A stretch of DNA of 64,000 nucleotides from Raillietiella orientalis (taxonomy: Eukaryota), in assembly GCA_036172245.1 (NCBI GenBank), contig JAYWIR010000031.1, positions 1,550,001-1,614,000 of the forward strand. The letters run 5' to 3'. The translations under genes were made by a program, and so were the position numbers. The notes beneath the pieces were generated by a model, which was given only the letters and a program-made list of their open reading frames with translations, did not search any database and was not told where the DNA came from. How positions within the stretch are numbered: the stretch's first letter is position 1; each line of letters opens with the position of its first letter. This document shows, in pieces, positions 57,421-64,000 of this stretch.

Positions 57421-60135
57421 GAGGAGTTCATCTTCCCTTATTTTTTTTTTTTTTGTTTATGAGTGTACGAGTTTGTTTCGATGTCCCTGCTGGCGTAAAT
57501 TAAGGTTTGGTGCCTCTCGTAGGGGTCACTGCTGGCGCCTCAAGTGGAATTGGACTGCCGTGGAAGAAAAGACAGCCATGCATTCTGTTTGAATGGACAG
57601 AGCGCGTTTGTTATGTGAACTCTCGTCCGAAGGTGAGAACCGCATCTCTCTCTCTCTCTCTCGTGGCTGTTAACGTCGTCGCTCACGCACGGATGAGGAT
57701 CTGCAGACCGCAGCCATGAATTTCGACTGAGATTTTTTGGTCTCATGCAGAATTGCCCCCTTCCCCCTTCCCCCCCGCACTGCCAGGAAGGAGCTTTTCG
57801 ACTGCTGAGGGGGCGCGAAGTCCCCTCGGATATTCAAGTCCATCAGCGCGCCCGCTCGTTTCGGCAGAAGAGAAGAAAGAAATGAAGAATGATGGGGGGG
57901 GGGGGGGGTCAGGTCCGTGAGCATCCAACGCGGTAAGCACGGCAGTTAATCATTCCTACGCGCGACCCTGCGTCTTCATTCTTTGTTTTCCCTGCTGCCT
58001 GTGCAGCGCACCTCGGCTGGCAGTGCGGACTTCCTGGGAGAAGATTTTCCACCTTCCGAAGATTCTCCGAAGGAAATTTCGTCGGCAGCCCTTTTCACGA
58101 TCCTCCTCCGCACAGCCTCCTCTCAGGGATGGTTGCGTCACCTCACACGTGTGTGTGTGTGCGCGCGCGTGTGTTTCACATTTTCTCGACCTCAACGAAA
58201 TTGACAAGACTGCAATGCAGGGAGGAGGAGAGATCATGGCGTCTCGGCAAGAAATGGTAAGAAAAACCGAATGTCGACTCCGGGATTTGTTGTTTCCGCT
58301 TTTCTTTGCTTCTTCTTCTTTTTCTTTTTTTTTTTTTCACTGCAAGCTCATCGTAGCTTCTTCGATTTTTTATTTCTTCGAAACAGTCCTTCACCGCCTG
58401 CAAGAACGGAGAATGGTCCGCCAGCCGGATGGTGTCATAAACACAATGTTGGCCGCAGTGAAAGTTGAATTCCACTGCAAGACTGGACGTGAACTGCGAG
58501 CGAAGAGGGAAGGGTTCGAGGCAGGCGGCCATGGCAACGCAAGAGGATTCCAGAGGTGGAGATTTATTGCAGGAGAGTTCAGGTAGCAGAAGAATTCAGC
58601 CGTCCCCAGGAAACTGGCACGCATCGCACGCTGGAACTGTTCCGGCGCAGCCCGGATGCTTCCGAGCGGGAAACCCGTCGGTGCTGCTGCTTGCTTGCCG
58701 GTGCCCGGAGGTCCCCAGCTTCCCCGGCCACCTGGCTCCGCCACCAGACGGGCCTCTCTCCCTTTTGTCGCGTGCCAAAACTTCGCGAATCGGCGGAAAT
58801 GCGCCGGAGGGGTCTCTCCCACCACCCCTTCCTCCCCTGTCGCACAGAAACGAGGGCAGTACCTCGTCCAGCTCCCGCAGTCCAAGGTTGCCCGAGGCGC
58901 CTGCCCTTCCCTCGAAGGCCACTAGCAGAAATGCGCAGTGCCCGGCACCCCCTCCCCCCCAAACAAGAGCAAGCGCGCTGTCCCTGAAGGGCGTTCCTCG
59001 TCCTCCCCGGGAAGAGAGTGCTGCTCGGCGCCGGGCCTCCTCCCGTGTCAGCCCTGCGTTCTGCTCCACGTCACGAATAAAAGGGAAGGTGCGGGATTGA
59101 GAAGGGAGCGTTCCCCGTTTTCTCGAAATGTAGGAGAGGAGGGTATCCTCCTTCTCCCTACGAGGAACAGGGACACCTGGACTGCCGCTGCTTCCTTATT
59201 TCCGATCTGCCTCATCTCTCTCCTTTGCTAGCCGGTGTCCACATCAGGGTGGCCCATGGGAGGGAATTTCTTCCTCATCGCCCTAGCAGGAACGCTAGCA
59301 GCGACGACCTCCTCTCCCTGGACCGCTCTTCCCTAGGTGACCTGACGTGGGAGAGATCGGAAGCGAGGATGTTGGCTGCAGAGGTCCTCGGAAGAGGGGC
59401 CCCGCCATCGCGGACTGTCTGTCGCAGGTGCTGTCCTCGTCCTCAGCACCGCCACCTGACTCAGCGCGCGTGGCGGCAGTGGCGCGAGCAGCCCGCAGGC
59501 CTGCAGAGCCGGTGAGGAAGGAAGGAGTGGAGCAGCAGCCGAAGGTGGACGACCATCCACCGTTCCGGGCGCGGGCTCCAGCGCACGGGGAGGGAAGGAG
59601 GGGTCACCGAGATGCGTCGAGGAAGGAGAGAGCGGGATCTTGGCCGCCGCCGCCGCGCCCGCGCAGACACCCTTTGCCCTCCCGCCTCCACCGGGCAACG
59701 AGGAGCCGGCCGAAAACCGGGCGGGTCGACCAGTGAAAGTGCTCGCACTTTCCCCGAAAGTGACAAGGGGGGAGCGCGAGGGAGGAGGAGGGGGGAGGAG
59801 CGTCGAGAGACTCGAACGCATCACTTGGTGATGTGCGCCGTCTTCCCAGTTTCCTGGCTCTCTTCCTCCTCCTCCCCCCCTTTATTGTGCACTCTGCCGT
59901 TGCGTTACCAAAACCCCGACCGACTTTTTTTTTTCCCCCCTTCCTTTTCCGCAAAAGAAGAGGGAGGAGGAGGAGACGAGGGAGAAGAAGCAAAAGAAAG
60001 GAGGAGAGGCGAGAAGCAGAGGGAGGTGGGAGAGAGAGAGAGACCGGACTGGAGGGCCTTCGGTCGGCTCGGAGGAAGGAGCCGCGCGCCGCGTTTGCAG
60101 CCACCAGTCCTGCTCTTGTCCTGGGCCACGCCGGA

Positions 60136-61080
60136 ATGAAGGTGCTCGTCGTGGTGTCGGCGCTGGTGTTTCTGGAGGCCGCAGGAGGTAGCTGAGGGGT
60201 AGGGTGGGGGGAACGGAACGGAACGAAGACGATCGGTTGCCTCTGTTGCTCTGTAGACACGCCGCCGCCGAGGTGCCCTGAGCCCTACGGGCTGTTCCCG
60301 GACGAAGAGTACTGCGACAAATACTTGGAATGCCGCAACGGGACGGGCGTGCAGAACGACTGCCCTGACGGTCTGTACTTCAACGACCGGTCTCACGAGT
60401 TCCGCTACCCCTGCGATTACCCTCCGGATGTGGACTGCGGCACGAGGACGAAGCTACGTAAGGAGCGCGCGCACCATCCCTATTCGGGACTCCCCCTCTC
60501 CCTCCACCTCTCGCAGAGCCGCCTCAGAGCACCCCCGAGTGCCCGCACCAGTTCGCCGTATTCTTCAGCGGGGATGAGGCTCACTGCGACAGGTTCACCA
60601 GCTGCGTCTACGGGATCGCTTACCCCTTCCGGTGCCCTGGGGGCCTGGCCTTCAGCCCACATACCCTGCGTTGCGAGTGGCCGGACGACTCCTTCGTCTG
60701 CGACCCGGACAGTAAGTGCGGACCGCCCGTTGCCCCTCCTTTCCTTCCCTCTCCCTGGAGGGAGAGGAGGCCCTCCAGAAAGAGGGAAGGAAAGGGGGCA
60801 TCGAGCGACCCAGGGAGGGACGTCGGGGTTAGTGTGGGCAACCACAGAGTACCTCGGGTTCCGCTGCCCTGACTACCTGCCCTCGGTCGCGGACGTCGCC
60901 CACTTCGAGAAGTTTCCTCATCCGGACCCTAAGCAATGCAACCAGTTCTTCATCTGCCTGCAGAACCACGGCCGGTGGGCTCCCCGGCTCCAGAGCTGCG
61001 ATCAAGGACAGGCCTTCGACCCCGTCACCCTCTCCTGCGTGGACCTGAGCGACGCCCCCGACTGCGTCCTGGACCGCTAG
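60136..61080 (+). CDS. obst-E: obstructor-E-like (CPAP3-E) chitin-binding cuticular protein, three ChtBD2 domains, about 226 aa
   Basis: Exons 60136-60187 (signal peptide MKVLVVVSALVFLEAAG), 60257-60457, 60517-60711 and 60848-61080; 681 nt in frame. CPEPYG..CDKYLEC..CPDGL.FN..YPCDYP..VDC, ECPHQF..CP.GLAF..RCEWPD and YLGFRCP..PRLQSC..G.AF are obst-E-like. The family is certain; the subfamily is assigned by eye. Confidence 0.9.
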
Positions 61081-64000
61081 CCAGGTGGGAAGAGCGGGTC
61101 GACCTCCGCGAAGCGGCGCTGGGCGGAGCAGCCTTGCCATTCGCCTGCCGCTATCCCCACCTCCACCCACTCTGTGTGCGAGGTGGCGCGCGAGGAACAC
61201 GCTCGAGGGATCGCCTCCTGGCTGAAGGATGCGGCCGGCTTTCCGGTCTCGCGAGTCGCAGGCGCAGCGAGCGGTCGCACGCGTTTCCAGATGGCTCGGG
61301 GAGTTGGCGCGCGCTCACCGGAGGCGAGGGCCGGCCAGCAGGAGGAGGGCTGCGCTGCTACCGAGGGAGGGAATGGGAAGGAGGGAGGGACGGAGAAGGA
61401 GAGCGGACTCCCCCTCCTCCAGCCACCTCCAGACGTGCGCTGACGCCCGATCGCGGCTCAGATCGGGACGCCGGCTTGCCGCGTGCGCCAATGGCGGCGG
61501 CGGCTCTCCGGAGCCCCGCAACGGGTGCTGAGATTCGCACTCGCCTCGGGAACGGAAGGCGGACGCCTACGCCGGACGCTCCTCCGCGGGCGGACGGCTG
61601 GAGAAGGCACGTGGATGGCGGCAGAGGCTGAGTAATGGTGGAGAGGGAAAGTGGAAGCTGCGGGCTGACACCTCCTTGATCGCGCGGGCGGGCGGGAGGA
61701 AGGGGGAGAAGCAGAGGGATGGTAGGGACAAGTCAGGAAAGGGAAGGTCACGGGAGGGGGAGGTTTCTTCGGCCTGGGCTCCCACGCAAGACGCGCGCCG
61801 CCGCCGTCGCGAGTGCGTGATCCTGCCAAATGAGCGAAGAGCCGAGGGCGCCTTCAGGGGGCATCAACCGCCGTAGGAGAGACGCTCCCTCTCTGTCTCC
61901 TTACCCACCTTCTTCCTAGGGTGCCTGCTTGTCCTTTCCGTTGAGGGAGTCCTGATCCCAGCAGATTTGTCCCGTTCGCTTCCAAGAGCGCAAGAAACTT
62001 ATCCTTTCCTTCCTTTCTTCCATTTTCCTCCTGGACTCTAACCATCGGGAGGGGAGGGGGAAGAGTCTCCCGGTCGTATGGATCCGCTCTCCCAGCAGCA
62101 CCGGAGAGAGAACCCTCTCCCGTTGCCTGGAGACAGGCCACGCGCCGGCCGGCGAAGGAAGGCGAGAGTCATTTCGGATCTTCGCGGTCCTCCCGCCGGT
62201 GAGCCGCGAGGACCACGCCCTGCTTGCACCGCCCAAAGCAGCCACGCGCGCGCGCGCGTCCCGCGGTGAGCTGCCGGAGGCGGCGTCCGTCCACCGCCGG
62301 ATGCCGCCGAGCCCCGTGGCAACAGAGCCCCTGGGCGGATCGGAAGAAGGAGGGGGGAGTGCTCGAAGCAGCGGTAGGGAGGAACGGCTGCCGTCTGAAG
62401 GATCGCCGCCGCCCCCCTGCCTCTCACGCCCGCCTCTTGTTCTTGGTAGAGGGCAGCGGCAGCATCAGCGCGGAAGCCGAGCGACTGAGGTGATCGATGA
62501 GCGCAAGCCCTCCCATTCTCGGGACCAGAACGCCTCTGCCCCTCGACCCTTCTCGGAGGAGAAACAGGGAGTGGAAACCTTCGAGGAGAGAAGAGGAGAC
62601 GAGGAAGACGTGGGAGGGCCCGGTTCGAAGAAATCCGAGGTCGGCGCCAATAAAAAGGTCCAGCCGGTCAGATCGGCCCTCGGAGTTTCACGGGAGCCGG
62701 GAAACGGGCAAAACCCTGGCGGAGGGCCTTTTCCTTGGGAAGGGCGGAGGAGGGGGATCCTCTCTCCCGGAAGTGGGAGGGACCCGCCGTCTCCGTCTGC
62801 AGGCGCCTTGCTCCCCTGGAGAGCTCCCGGGTTGGCATCGCGGCGGCAGGACCGCCCACTCCGCCTTCCTCTGCTGGAATTGAGGTGAGCAGCGCCCGCC
62901 GCGCCCCCGGACGAGAGGAGCGAAGCTGGAGTTGTTCTTCCTCTCGTTTACTTTCCTGTTAGAGCGTGACCGCTGGGCGGGTCAAGACGATGAAGTCATC
63001 CAGAGAGGGCAGGCGGCAGACACCGTCGGCACGTTGGTAGGGCCGCGTCGGGTCCTTCACCAGCGCTCTCAGCTCTAAGACGTCCAGCCGCACCCTGTCG
63101 TCAGGAATGAGGCACCTCCGGACCACCTCCCTCACCTGGAGGAGGAGGGGAAGGCAACGAGGAAGAGGGGGCGCGCACGGCGCTCACCTACCTTCCAGAA
63201 GAAGACGTCAGATGGCAGGGGTGGGTAGAGGGACCTCTGTATCTGCCGGTACACCAACCGGTTGTCCGAACTCTTCACGAAGAATGGAGATGTCTGCACT
63301 GCCATCTGGGAGAGAGGGCGGGAAGCCAGGCAGGGAGAAAAGGCGAGGGGAGGGGCACAGAGGACACGCCGGACAGAGGGCGCTCCCAGGTCTCGGCCCT
63401 CAGGGAAGGAGGAGCAAAAACGGGTGGAAGGGGTCCCACCCTTTTCTCTCTCCCTTTGCGCACGCAGCACCCTTCCATCTTTCGTGCGGAACCCTCTGCC
63501 GAGGCGCCCTCCCGTGGGGAACTCGACAGGGAGATCTCTCGTGGGTCGTAGGATCTCCTGTGGAGTCAAGAGACAGATTCGTGGAGAGACCTCCTGGGCA
63601 CTACCTGGAAGGAGAGCCCGAGAGAAGCGAGGGCGCAGAGAGATCTTGAAGGCCAAGGGAAGAGGCGGGGCAGGGTTGAAGCTGTGGGGCGAGTAGCACA
63701 GGTAAGGCTCGCGAGGTCAGGAGGGCGCCGGCGGCCGATGTCAGGAGGACGAGTGCTCCCTGGGGCTCTCTTCCCGAAGAACCTTCCCGGGACCTCTTCC
63801 GCCTTCCGATGCCCCTCCCCTCCCGAGGCCGTCCGTTCCAAGTTGCCTCCTCCTCCCTCCAGCCTCGTCCGTGGAAGCCCCATGATTGCCTCGGAAACCC
63901 AGTACATTCCCTCCCTCCCTCGTCCCGCTGCTGCTCCGAAATGTTGGTCCCCCCTTTCCAGGACGCCCTCGCATCTGCTTCCGCGGAGAAGAGCCTCCCA

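Noticed and set aside
1..64000. CRISPR array, rRNA, tRNA or prokaryotic defence operon
   Set aside because: No regularly spaced repeats, cloverleaf or rRNA signatures were seen, and all identifiable genes are spliced eukaryotic genes.

Overview
Eukaryotic, almost certainly arthropod, genomic DNA. It holds four spliced genes with GC-rich exons and many very short introns (42-70 nt). (1) A 5'-incomplete CAP/SORBS adaptor gene (SoHo domain plus three SH3; + strand, 213-9169), with a large phase-symmetric cassette exon. (2) A convergent COMTD1/caffeoyl-CoA-type O-methyltransferase (- strand, 9907-11620). (3) Gasp/obstructor-C (+, 51484-53546). (4) An obstructor-E-like gene (+, 60136-61080). Between about 12 and 51 kb, and again at 54-58.6 kb, lies a graveyard of decayed transposable elements dominated by L1/Tx1-clade non-LTR retrotransposons, plus RTE, possible hAT and piggyBac fragments and a possible kinase relic. 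I found no rRNA, tRNA, CRISPR array or prokaryotic system, and I cannot support a clearly new multi-gene system. The best leads are: two related Tx1-like copies that end in a conserved 3' stem-loop with no poly(A) tail; a nested fold-back element at about 48.9-49.3 kb next to a perfect 35-bp palindrome; repeated putative actin-binding motifs and back-to-back splice sites in the CAP cassette exon; an acidic Tyr-rich tail on Gasp; and an unidentified lower-GC decayed coding relic at about 33.8-35.6 kb. All gene models and motif matches were made by eye, not by database search.
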